NCBI GenBank assembly: GCA_050084985.1
Contig: JBITNC010000001.1
Coordinates: forward strand, 15,190,001 to 15,254,000
Reading direction: 5' to 3'
DNA from: Nageia nagi
Lineage: Eukaryota > Plantae > Pinophyta
Length of the DNA stretch: 64,000 nt
Shown: one piece after another, positions 14,015-26,844 of the stretch
Numbering within the stretch: position 1 is the first letter of the stretch
How the letters are laid out: each line of letters begins with the position of its first letter
The notes under the pieces: model-generated
Databases searched by the model: none
Told to the model about the DNA's origin: nothing
Seen by the model: the letters and a program-made list of their open reading frames with translations, nothing else
Translations under genes and position numbers: made by a program

Positions 14015-15828
14015 TGTTGATCAAGATAATATAACCTAAGGGTTTGGTGTGGCAAGTTCTCCATTGCATAATAATATAAGGGTTCTTAAAATAGAAGAAG
14101 TGGTGGGACAATGAGATCATGGGGTTTTCTACTCAATCTTTGGGTTATAGGTTGGTTCCTATTTATGAAAAAGGTTGAAACTAACAAGAAAGAGATAAAA
14201 ACCTAAACTATTAAATAGGAAAATGTGAAGAATATAAAAACAAACTAAACTAATCAGCCCAAGCATCAATTCTTAGGAAGTAATCCATATCCAATACTAA
14301 GGATATATCAGGTACCTCACTCTTGGGGTCTCAAAATTGTAATACATAACCACAACTTCAAAAAAAGCTTCATATATAACAATAACAAAATGAAATAACA
14401 ACCATATAATGCGAAGGGAAAAATACCATAATATTTCATTATCATATATGAAAAGAGTTCTTACAATGGGTAACTTTGCTAAAATGTTTGACCTTTTGGA
14501 CCTCTAATAGTCCATTATTTAATGTTTTATTTACAATGGGTTGTTGTCCACCATTAAATACTATAACTACCTCTTTGTCTAAGAACAACATAGACTTAAA
14601 TATTTACATGTAAAAGAGAATCTATAACTATAACTAATTATGGATTATGGTTTCAATGCAACATTGATTCTTGGAATCTATAGACCTTCAATCATGTACC
14701 TATCCAGCCATAATTAGTCATCCTTTATCTCTTGATCATGGCGCATTTGAATTTTTGTAGAATTTATGATGTATGGTTCATCATCTCTATATGTACAATC
14801 AAGTTGCTTCATTAGTTGGAGACCTACCAACCCTCTATGATCATTAAATGCTTCTTTTGTAATTCTGGTTTTGAATACTATAAGGGTGAAGGAAGATATA
14901 ACCATTCAAAACTAAGAGTGAACCACTACTACCACAAGAAAATGAGTTGTAGTTGACACATTAGAAGAGTCTCGAGGATCACACACTCTTGATTAAGTGG
15001 ACTTGAGTGTTCACCTCCTATTATAGTATTTACTTATCCCTAGCAACTCTTGTTATGCTTTAGCAAGGATTGATGAATACCTATGGAACTTATCACCCAT
15101 CGATTTCTCCTAAAAAGTGTGATATCATTGCTCAAAACTAGTGGGATCTTTTGAATGTAGAGTTGTGAATATCTCCCTCCTTGATAAGGAACACTTGCTA
15201 ACTAAATCATCTGGAGCCTACTAATTTTTTCCTAAAGGTATGATTTCACTATTGGATTTTCATGGGCCTTACTTCACTTTACTCTTGTGATAACATTACC
15301 TGCTACATGACTTAACCTAAACTAACAACTATGTACAATAGGGCCTAAAAATAACCCACAGACTATACAAGACTAAAACTTAAGTATTGGAATCAAGATA
15401 GGGCTTGAACTAGACCTAAACAAATCTTGAAAATGACTTAGCCAATTTTACAAAATGGACACTCTTCAGTTTATGAATTATACACATATCTCGGACATGA
15501 CTCATTCAACTATGTACAAACAACACCTGCCTTGAAACAAAATCATGGTTTTGAATGACTTTTTATAGACTAATACCTATTAATATGAACATGACCCAAA
15601 AATATCTTAAACAAAACCAAGCCATAGCTAAGTGTATATATACACAAGATTCTTGAGCAAAGACTAAGTATATACAATTTTATATTGAAGATTGGATCTA
15701 TACAAGTATTTACAATTGAAATAAAAGGAATTAAGAAGAAGGAATTATAGCAGTTTTAAGGAAAAAATGAAATAATAATGAATGTAAAGAATATTACCCT
15801 TTCAAAGTGTAATTCTACAAGAATAACA
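14015..15828 (-). repeat. 5' LTR of element B
   Basis: tgttgatcaag...gaataaca; direct repeat of 1820-3654; adjacent to PBS. Confidence 0.95.
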
Positions 15829-18800
15829 GTTGCTAGCATTATAATGCCTAAAACCATAGATGAAGAAATAAACTTATGTTATACAAAATATGTGGAATAT
15901 AGTTTACAACTAGATTCAATATCTGTAGATGTTTTTGGATGTATCAAATTATGAATATGGATTTGAAACATTTTCTCAAATTTTAGTTCCTCAAAATATC
16001 ATTGTGGTGGATTTACCGCATTTGTCTGGCCTTTTTCTCTCTAGAGAGTTCATTATAAAACTAGGAGAATTCCTAGCTCTAGATTATACGTATTTAAAAA
16101 TCCCATTTGAGGATAATAGAGTCAAGATTACTAATGAAGGAACAACCCTTGTTCACCTCAAAATAATACCTATGGATAATTCAATTAATGTGTCAAATAA
16201 TATGGAAATTATTCAAGTAGATTTATTAAGGGAATCTTTAACTACTATTGAAATTCTTCCCCCTAAAGATATTAGTTATATAATAGATGCTAGGATTGAA
16301 AACTATTGATTGCATGAAAATTTTTAAATCATTTCTATATCTGAGTAAAAGGAAAAAAATATTTGGAGTTTGTATTTTGATGTTGTAAGATGCAAATATG
16401 GAGTTGGAGCTAGTATAGTATTCAAAATTCCTAAAGGAGGTTACAAAATATTTTCTTATAGACTGGCCTCAGCTTGCCCTAATAATGCAGTTGAATATAA
16501 GGCTCTTTTCCTTAGAATGACTAAGCTACCAAAATGGGAATAAGATGCTTAAAAATATATGATGATTCTAAACTTGTTATAAGACAAGTCACAAACAAAT
16601 TCATTATAAAACATTATTATCTGAATTCTTACAGGAATAAAGTATGGGACTTGATTGAGTATTTCATTGCTATAAACCTCATAGTTATCCCTATAAAATA
16701 TAATCAAATTGTTGATGCTTTAGCTAGAAGAGGAGAAATATTTAATCTTTCTCATTACATAAAAGGTACTAGAGGAGTCAAGGTAAATAGTAGCCTTTAA
16801 TGCCATACATGGAAAATTATTAGCAAGTTTTCGATTCTAATGAATAGGTACTTAACTTTCTTATTGACGAGACTATAAATCATATGGTGAGAACTCAAGA
16901 CCTACCAAAATATTTCCAAGAATCAAATAATATTCAACTTAAAATTAATTATATTCATAAAGGATTGATATCTTTTTAAATATTATTTTATTCATATGAT
17001 ATATGTGTTCATTGTGTTGCAAAAATGCTTTTATTCCAAAAGTTTTCTTACAAATAAATAGAGATTGATGTTGGAAAGAAAATAAAAAATTAGTTCATAA
17101 TGTACACCATAGGAGAAAGTTTTAGTATTGCAGTTATAGAAGGAGTTTACAGATATCATTTCATGGACATATGACAATCTTAATACTTATGACCAAAATA
17201 TTATTCAGCATATAATAGAATTTGTTCTATGTTCTAAACCATATAGGAAAAAGTAGAGACCAGTCAACCCCAAAATAGAAGAAGCTATGAAGAAGGAACT
17301 CTTAAAGTTACTTGATGAAAAGATTATTTATTCTATCAAATATTCAACTTGGGTTGCTTATCTAGTCCCTATTAGGAAGATAGTTATGCTCTTCCTCCTA
17401 TGGAACAAATATTATAGATAGTTGCAGGAGCCTATTGCTTTTCAATGATCGATGGATTTTTTGGCTTCAATAAAATATGGGTTAAATATGAAGATCAACA
17501 CAAAATATCATTTACCACCAAATGGGGGTCTTTTCCTTTTCAAAGAATGCCATTTGGATTATCTAATGCTGGAGAAAATTTTAAAAGAGCAATGGAACAT
17601 GCATTTGTTGAGTTGATATATAATATCATTTTGGTTTATTTAGATGATATTACTATATTTTCTAAAGCCACAATTGATAATGTAGATTATATTTGGTAGG
17701 TATTTGAAAAATACAGATAGTTTGGGATATTAATAAATCTAAAGAAATCAATATTTATGGTTAATCAAGGAAAATTGCTAGAGAATATAGTGTTTGAAGA
17801 AGGATTTTCCATTGATATATAAAAGTTAAAGAAATAGAAGAAATTCTTTTGCCTTTTAATAAGAAAGCCTTATAATCATTTTTAGGAAAAATCAAAATTT
17901 TCAAGAAATTTATTAATAATTTTGCAAGAATTGTTGCACCTACGAATATAATTTTTTAAAAATATGCATAATTATCTTGGTCTGAAGAAGCAAAAAAAGC
18001 TTTTCAAAATATAAAAAGGCTATTTTCAAAGCACCTATATTGAAAAATCTAGATTTTTCTAACTATTTCATCATGTATGCACATGGTGTTGACAAATCCT
18101 AGTAGCAGTACTTGCATAAAAGGATGAAAAGAAAGAAGAATAGCATATTACTTTATATAGCCAAATACTTCATGAACATGAATAAACATATACATTTATA
18201 TAAAATAAGTCTTTGCAATTATGAAGGGCTTAGAGAAATTTAGACATTATGTAACTCAAAGAAAAATTCTAGTTTATACTATTCATCCTGATGTTAGAAG
18301 TTATCTAATACATGAAGAAGAATTGGAAGAAGGAAAAGTTGGGTGGGCTACTAGAATTTTAGTATTTGATGTTGAAATCAAGCCAACCAAGTTGGTAAAA
18401 GGAAGGGAATTGTGTGAAAATATAGCTATGGCTTCTCAAGTTATGGCAATCATTGAAGAAGAAAAACCACAACATAACCTGGAAACATATTGGATCAAAC
18501 AACTATGTAGCTATTATACAACCAAGAAATACCCTAAAACTATGGATAAGTCACAAAAAAGGATATTCAATATTCAAGCACTCAATTATACAATGATAGA
18601 TGATTGGTTGTAGTGAATGAATTTTTAAGGAACCTTATTAAGATATGTATCCTAGGATGAATCATAAAGAATATTACATGAATTTCACTATAGATTTTAT
18701 ATAGGATATTTCTCTAGACAAACAAAAACTACAAAAATTATACAAGTTGGCTATTATTGGTCAACTATATTCAAATATTCATTGAAGATCTCTTAGGAAT

Positions 18801-19726
18801 ACAAAAAGTGTAACAAATTTATGGGAAGAAGAAGAAAAGTATTATGGAAGAACCATTTCAACAATGGGGATTGGATTTTATTAGGTATATAAATTCAAAT
18901 TCCTTAGGTAGACACAAATTTATCCTCACAAATACTAATTATTTTACAAGATGGGTTGAAGTAATACCATGCAAAAATGTTGATCAAGAATCAATGATAT
19001 GTCTACTACAAAGGCTGATTACTAGATTCAAGATTCCCTAAATAATTATCTCACATAAAGACCTAATCTTTTTAGGAGAATTTTTTTTAGAATTTTTCTC
19101 TCTATATGGCATATACTGAAAAGCCTCTTCCAACTACTATCATTAAGAAAATGGTTTAGTTGAATCCACCAACAAAAATCTCATAATAATTATCAGATGA
19201 TAGAAGGTGATCAAAGGCAATGGCACAATAAGTTGTAACTAGCACTATGGGTAGATAGAATTAGTGTAAAAATAGCAATCAAAACATATCCTTACACATT
19301 AGTGTATGGCATAAGAATTGTGTTTCCTATCCATCTGGAGTTACCTACAATGTAAATGTTAAAATAATTATAATATATAGAGTTGGAACCATTGCAAATA
19401 TAGTTTAATTAGTTGTTAACAACTAAAATAAGAATAGGAAAAAGCATATAAAGAATTTTAGTACAAAAAAAAAATTAGTGAAGAAATGGTTTGGCAAGAA
19501 AAATTCTTCCTAGGTATCTTTTAAAGTGGGTGACTTGGTATTAAAATGGGGCAGGGATCGAGCAAAACCTAGAAAACACCAAAAGTTCAATTTATGTTGG
19601 TTTGGGCCCTATGTAATAACTCATATCTTAGAAACTAATGCATTCAACCTAAGTGATCTCTCTAAAATCCAAGAGCTACCCATCCCAGTGAATGGGATCC
19701 ACTTGAAACATTATCATGTAAGTTAA
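15829..19726 (+). pseudogene. pol: pol remnant of element A (PROT C-part, aRH, RT, RH, INT)
   Basis: ORF fragments 15929-16309 (protease), 16534-16800 (aRH: IYDDSKLVIRQV), 17445-17699 (RT: MPFGLSNAG, YLDD), 18221-18613 (RH), 18844-19041 and 19526-19726 (INT). Confidence 0.9.
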
Positions 19727-20065
19727 AAATATCTGCTAATGCATGTACAATAGTGTTGTAAATAGGCATGTTGTAGGATTAATAAGTAGGATTAATTCAA
19801 AGTGCACATACAATGTCTTGTTTTGTGTTCTAAATAATAGGAAGTAGATTTTAGCAGCATCCCAATATAGTGAAGAAATATTAACCCTCCATTTTGTGAC
19901 ACGTCATTTAGATCGATAAGTTTTAGAAGATTATTAAGCCTAAAAATCATTGTTAACGACACAAATTGTAATATACCTTTTTTTATGTTTTCCCCATTTC
20001 ACCTATGATAAATGGGAATATTAATTTAAGTGTGATTTTATCTATTTTTGTAGGATTTAGCAAAA

Positions 20066-21299
20066 TGATGTAAACTCCACTAGGAGAGTTAGTTAAAAGC
20101 TCTAATTATGGAATAAATAGCCCTTTTATTTATTTGTTGCATTTAGTTAAGTACTTAAAATGCCAATAATGATGTATTTGTAATACCAAGGCAATTATAT
20201 TTATAAATGCAATATTTGTATCTCTAAAAGAGGTGTTGCATATTTTTAGCCTTAACAATTGTAATATTGGCATTAAATGTATCTCTAGTCATTAGTTTTA
20301 CCCTCTTCAAGGTAGAGCATCCCCCTATGTGATGGCATCAACTATGAGACATCATTAAGAGCTACAAGGTTGGATGTGGCACTAAAAATAAGCATTTGGA
20401 ATTCCAAGGTAAGTGGATGGCTCCCATGTATGGACATTGGAAATGTGTGCATCCCAAGATCCCATGTCACCCCTCCTTGGCACTTGGACCCTAGCATTGA
20501 TCCTAAGGTACAATGACATCACCCCCTCTTGGATATTGCATTCATGGATCATTGGATGTGATCACACTTATCCCAAGGCTCTTCATCTTATACTTTGTAA
20601 ACATGAGCATATGGATCACATATCTCCATTTTTGAATAATCTCAATGCAATATTAGAAGAGAGATTACATAACATATAAAATGAGGACTCTTGGACATTT
20701 TAAAATATGAAACTATTGATTATTAAACCCATTTTATCATATTGATTATGAGAAATCTATTTATACAACTTTTAGGGACACTTGCATTTGAGATCTTGAG
20801 GTGATAGGAAGCTAGCCTCAAGCTTACTCCAACATTCTTAAGAGGAACACTATTAGTTCCACCACAAAGTTGTGGGGAAGTCTTGGACTTGGCCTTACTA
20901 TTGCTATGATTAGTGAAGCCTTGGAGCTATCCAACATAAAATTATTGGAGGAAGTCTCAGTACAAACTCCTTAGGTCAAAAATATTGTAATTATGTTACT
21001 CTCTTGTTATATCAAATACAATTAAATTATTGTTATCTCAATTTGTTGTTGTCTCATTATGCTTGTACGTTGGTATTGGAGTGATATTTTCATAGCATAA
21101 AATCTATCTTTTCTTTCCTATTGCAACACTGGGATTCTGGAGATATTTTTGTGTATTGAATTTATTTAATTGCCAAATTAGCTAAATTTTGGGTTTATTT
21201 ATATATTTTGATCTTTTTTGGATAATTTTGAAGCTATAAGGAAAACATACCTCTCCTAGGACATATTTGAGCATGATCTATCGGTTTGGGACCATCACA
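20066..21299 (+). mobile_element. Solo LTR related to element D LTRs, inserted in the 3' region of element A
   Basis: Both ends resemble the reverse complement of 29475-30788 (tgtaaactccactaggagag...tttgagcatgatctatcggtttgggaccatcaca); possible TSD caaaa/caaat; no PBS follows. Confidence 0.7.
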
Positions 21300-21449
21300 C
21301 AAATCTAGAAAATAAATAGGTTGAGTCCACTAGCATGTAAGTTCTAAAAAATACAATATTCAAACAAGTTGAAAATCCAAGAATTTTACATCAAGTATTG
21401 AAGAATGTCTACACAAAACCCAAAAGTCATATAAATTAAGAGTGAGCTA

Positions 21450-24400
21450 AGAAAATAGATTGAATAAGAGGACATGGATCAATCTACAGAGGGAATGGGA
21501 AATATTTCAAATGTCTAGAAAGATCATGCCCATCAAAGGGAGAAAGAGTTATCTAATGGATTAACATGGATGGAGAACTATAAGAGAGATAAATTAGATA
21601 CCTAGAGAATGGACCCAAGTAACCCATACTATATGATGTATGGAAAGATGAAAGCAAATTCCAAACAACATTCTTTCATCATTGTACATTCATGCTTGGC
21701 AAATTATGTGTCATTCCAAACTTTCAATTTCCTAGAGCTCATAAAACTAATGGGGGAGAGAATGAGACTCAATACCACTCATATTATGGGATACTTTAAA
21801 CATGGTGATAAGTAGTTCATTAACTACTCTTGGGATGCTATCAATGAGCCCTTCTTTGTACCAAAAAGTTATACAAAGCAAGAATTGAAAATGGTCAAAC
21901 TAAGAGCCAAAATTGATATATGTATCATAGTTGATTATGATATGATCCTAGAATTTTGACAAGAACAATATCAAGAATTGGTCAAGGTAATTATGGAAAA
22001 TGTGGAAGTTGCATACCTAAGAATCTAGGAGGTATTGGTAGCATTATCTATTGTAATGAGAAAGGAGTCAAAAACATGGGTAGACCAAGCTATACTCTCA
22101 CTCACTTGGATAGTGTAGATTATGTAGCTTTGATTAGGAAAGAATAATATCATAAGGAATTCATTATCAAGTCTCAAGGTTAGATAAGGGAGGAGAATTT
22201 AGGTACTCAACGTACCTAGTTTGGTTGGCATTGTATCAGAATTTGGTTGTATTTACAAAGATGGAATTAAATCATAAATCATTGGGATAGGGAATAGATT
22301 TTAGATTTCATATGCTAAGGAATAACAACAATATATCCTATTATGAATTCATATAATTATTCTATGCCTTGGCATGTGAAGCACTAGTTGGATCACCACC
22401 CTGAATATTGGATAAAGTAGGCAAATTATTTCTCCAAAATAAAGGAATTGAAGTGGGGATTGGTACTTCATGAATGATAGAACTATTATCTTGATATATG
22501 GGTTTTCCTCTACTTCATTAATTATTTCCAAGTTTGTTATAACATAAATTTATGTGCTATAATGCAAAAGATAAATTGATATATGGGAAGTACCCTAGGG
22601 ATCCTCTAGGTATTTGAAAGGATTTTTGAAATATCCTCGTACAATATTGATGATGAATTTAGAAATAATGGGTTAGGTCCATAAGAAAATAGAGGAATAT
22701 TTAGTTCAAGAGTATCAATTACAAATAATAGATATTACATACTCATGTTATGATAGGCTTAGTATTATTACTCCAGTAGTTGTGAGCAACATGAAGCCTC
22801 CCAAATTCAACCATGAAATGAGGCCATACTCATAATAATTTGTAAATATAGTAGAAGAATAGGCTAAAAGAGCTAAATAATTTTATTTTAATCTAGTCAC
22901 CAAACCATGGATGAAGTTAGACAAATACCCATGAAAAAAGCTATGGATAAATAATAGGAAATATTTTGTGCTTGCCAAAACTCTATTAGACCAACTAGAA
23001 GAACTTGGATGTACCTCTACATAGAAACTCTACTTTGCAGGCTTTCATTATGAAGCATGTTCTTAAAAGAACCCAAAATCTATAAAATTTGATTAATTTG
23101 TAGGAGATGAAATGTAGGATGTAGTATATGATGCAAATCTAATGGATGATGTTGTGCTAAGTGGAATTCGTGAGGAGTCTAAAGAAGAAGAAGAGGAATA
23201 AGAAGAACAATCAGTAGCTAAAAAAGAAAAAGTTTGAGATCAGCAATTCTAGGAAGTGGATTCCAATGTAGGATGAAGGAAGATAAGTTATAAATAAAAT
23301 ATCATTGTAGATCCAATATATAGAAGGAAGAATAAAATAAATTTCCCCAAGATTAGGAACTAAAACACTTAGAGGATCAAACCAATAGGGGAAGAGGTAG
23401 ATAGATACAGGAAATCCAAGCCCATAAAAGGCTAGGGGAAGATAAGAGATCGACCATACCAAACCAATAAACATAAGAATTTACAAAAATCAAGGTCAAG
23501 CTTTAGGATTGGAACAAACTCAAGTTTTAGAAATTAATGTACCTTCACCACTTAGATTGAAAATGTAGGGACCAATAGCATCCATATCAAGAGATATACA
23601 AGGATAACAAGAGAATGCATATGGTGAAAAGCCATGGAAGAAAATAAAATAAATCATAGGAGAATAAGATGAAGGATAAAAGAATAACAACTCTAATAGC
23701 CCAATAGATCAAGGCACCAATCAAGGACTAGAATAATAATCCATAACATAAAGAAAGTAATAAAAGAACTGCAAAAGCTAGTGATAGGGAGTTCTTCAAA
23801 GTAAAAATCAGAGCTTTTGAGTCTCAAAAAATGGTTGGTATTGCATCAAAAAAGTATGGGAGATATAATGGCCATGTTTACAAAGATAACAAAAATATTC
23901 AATTGGTCAAATAGAATCACATAAAAGCCAAAGTTGCCTAAATATCAAGTTCACATAATGACTAGTTTAAGTGAAGGAGTGATACTAGATACAAATGGAA
24001 ATCATGCCAATTCAAGGCACCCTTATGGAGAAGCAACTATAGCCAACCATAATTTAGGATCACATGGAAAAAGCTCTTGCTTATGAAAAAAGAGCATATT
24101 TTGGTGCTAACAATTAATAGAATGGGAAAAAACTTGGAGAAGGTAGAGGCTGTAGTTGCCTCTCTAACTAAAAAGTTAGATAGAAAAAAGGAAGAGAACA
24201 AAAATATTGATGAAAAGAATGAAGGCTCTAGAATTTGGAAATATGAGCCTTAGATAAAAACTAAATACTATCGACCAAGATAGGTAGATAAAGTTGAAAA
24301 AAGTTGGTGTATTGATAGAAGCCATCAATAAGGAGCTTGTAGAAAGTAAAACCTAAGAAAAAGATTTAAAGAAGAAATTGGCAGAGTTCAGGAAGGAAGA

Positions 24401-25000
24401 ATTAGAGAAATTGAAGAAGGAACTACAAGATATAAAGGAAGCTAGATCTTCTCTAAAAAGGGATAGCCAGCACTTGACAAAAATATTGGATGAATCAAAA
24501 TACACATTGGTGGATTCCTTAACTAAAAAAGTTTGATATTAATGAAAATAAAACAAGTAGAAAAAGATTTAGAGAAAGCAATAACCAAATTTGTAAGTTA
24601 AGAAGGAATATATCAACACATAGAAAATATAAGTGTTGATGAGATTAAGCAGGTATAGAAATGGGTAGAAATGGACAAATTAGAAGATATTATTCATTTC
24701 TCATAGCATTCTAAGAAGGCTTTACTAGTGAAAATTATAAAAATATAGCATCTGCTGAATTTATGCTAGGAATTATGACATAAACAAAAAATCTTTAATT
24801 TGCAAAAGTATTATATTGAGAAAGAATTGATGAGTGTTGATGAATAGATATTACCACTACTATGGAAGGAAGGAAATATTGAAAAATTAGTTACAAAATG
24901 AGAAAATATCATGAAAAAACACATCCATTCAATAGAATCCATGCATAATTTAGTAAATGAAATAAATAATCTAATGAATCTCAACTAGATTGCTCAATAT
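21450..25000 (+). pseudogene. Decayed extra ORF downstream of pol in element A
   Basis: GEFRYSTYLVWLALYQN at ~22193-22243 matches element B GDFRNSSYLWWLIVHQN; Glu/Lys-rich, coiled-coil-like C-terminal half at 24100-24700. Confidence 0.65.
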
Positions 25001-25123
25001 TTGACTTATCATTTCGTAAATTCTCTAACTATTCTTACAAATTTTAGTGAAAAGCAATGTTAGCTGAATTTTTTTATAATCTATACCTCCTTATACAAAA
25101 AAAGAGGTGGAGGAGATCAAGAC

Positions 25124-26844
25124 TATTTTCATAGCAGTCAAAGATACATTTCCTAGAGGGTTGAGTATCAAACTAAATGTTGTTTAAGGTTTGTATAATC
25201 CAATAGGATGAAGTCCCTAGAAAGCCACTAAAAATGTTGTATTTAATAATATTTTTTGTAAGAAAGTTTACTACAAGGAACTATTAGCTATGTTTATTTT
25301 TACTGAGTATGAAATATGAATGGAGATGAGAGATTTTGCATAATAATGTATGTCTCAATTATAAGTACCCCAACTCTATAGACCTAGAATGGTAATTAGT
25401 TAGCAAGGGATGCTAAAACTGGGAAATTTTATGAAAAATATTATTCTCATGTTTAAAATCCTAGAGCTCACAAGTAGGTGGTAGCAAATGATATATCTTG
25501 AAGGATTTATAATTTAATACACTTTCTCGACTACAAAATATCCTAAACTAAAGGCACAATGCATGATGGAACAAAGCTCAAAAGCATCCAAAAATTGATA
25601 ATTATTAGCTAATAGGATGATCTTGAAGAATATGGCAACACATAACACCTGAAGAAAATAAATGGCTTTCATGATGTGAAAAATACTTGCACCAATACTT
25701 TGGTCCATCCAACCTAGATGTGGAACCACCAAGTCCATGATAATGGGTTCACATCAGCATACTTTTCTCCATGATGTAGGAACTTAGTTTCATTAGATAC
25801 TATAAATTAATATTTCTTCCAGGAACCATTAGTCGAACAAATGATAGAGTTGTTACATATTGACCAATCGAAAGCAATTAGAGCAAAAGTTGTAGAATCT
25901 AGGAGGAGATATTGTACAAAAGCATTACAGTAGATACCTATTATGCAAAGCATTAGGGATGATTAAAAGATGACTAAATACAAAAAAGGTATTCATATAA
26001 AGTTACTAAAAAAGTCTAAAGTTGTCTACTTATTGAAGAAATACATCATCCACCCTACTAGTAGTAGTAAGATACAAAAGGTTGCACATAGCCATCCAAA
26101 CATTAAATATTGTACTTTTGTAGAAATCATGGAGCTTATCTCCCAATACTTTATATTCCTCTATAAATAGTTGTAAATAGATAATGAAATAGTTGAACTT
26201 TGAGCATTTTCTCCTCTTTATAATTCATGTAGCCTCATGGTTTTAGTTTAATACAATTAGTTTAGCCTCTTCCATTTGTGGTTGTTTAATTTATTATCTA
26301 TGGAGATATGAATGCATTTTATTATGTTTGTGGCATTATGGTGTAATCATGAGACCCTAACTCTAGGTTAATTTATTATTTCTAGGTCTTAGTTATGGGC
26401 TACAGCCTTATCCAGTAATGCCCAAGCTTGTTAGATTTAGTTTATTTCTTATTATTTCCTTTCAACATTTACTTTCTACTTTTACTTCATGTTAATATTT
26501 GCTATTTTATTTTTGTAATTGCTTGCTTTATTTCTTTCCTGAATTTTTGAACTTTAAAACACACATATTTGGCCTATTATGGAGATTGAACAAGGATATT
26601 AAATCATAAGTGAATTATCCCACTTCCATGTTCATTCAAAAACCATTATTGAATCATGAAATGCAACTTAAAAATGTGATGGAGTCCTTAGGATTTCACT
26701 TTTATTATCAACACTCACAATTTGATCATATCTTCTTTAGATGTGTAAATATGTGGAAGTCCATCCCTTCTGGTAAGATTTCATTTATGTTTTAAACCTA
26801 ATGTTTTTGTGGATGATTTGTTAGATTTCTTAGAGTCATCAATA
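25124..26844 (+). repeat. Candidate 3' LTR of element A
   Basis: Preceded by purine tract aaaaaaagaggtggaggag (~25097-25115); starts TA (degenerate TG); ctataaatag at 26161; ends catcaata, like the element B LTR end gatcaaca. No partner LTR in window. Confidence 0.55.

Larger units (their letters stand above)
1820..15828 (-). mobile_element. Element B: structurally full-length, decayed Ty3/gypsy TatII-type LTR retrotransposon
   Basis: Two ~1.8 kb direct repeats with TG...CA ends; 5-bp TSD gttgt (1815-1819)/gttgc (15829-15833); PBS; gag-PROT-aRH-RT-RH-INT-extra ORF on the - strand. Confidence 0.95.
1..26844 (+). mobile_element. Element A: decayed Ty3/gypsy Tat (TatII-type) LTR retrotransposon, 5' end outside window, interrupted by element B and a solo LTR
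   Basis: Collinear remnants on +: gag (~90-1700), protease (1740-1819 continuing at 15829), archaeal-type RNase H (16360-16760), RT (VYLDD at ~17634-17648), RNase H, integrase (EEPFQQWGLDFI; GPY motif; ends 19726), extra ORF, purine tract and candidate 3' LTR. Confidence 0.85.

Noticed and set aside
20066-21393. Perfect 9-bp inverted repeat tgatgtaaa...tttacatca as element termini
   Set aside because: No TSD at these ends, and homology to the element D LTRs puts the right boundary at 21299
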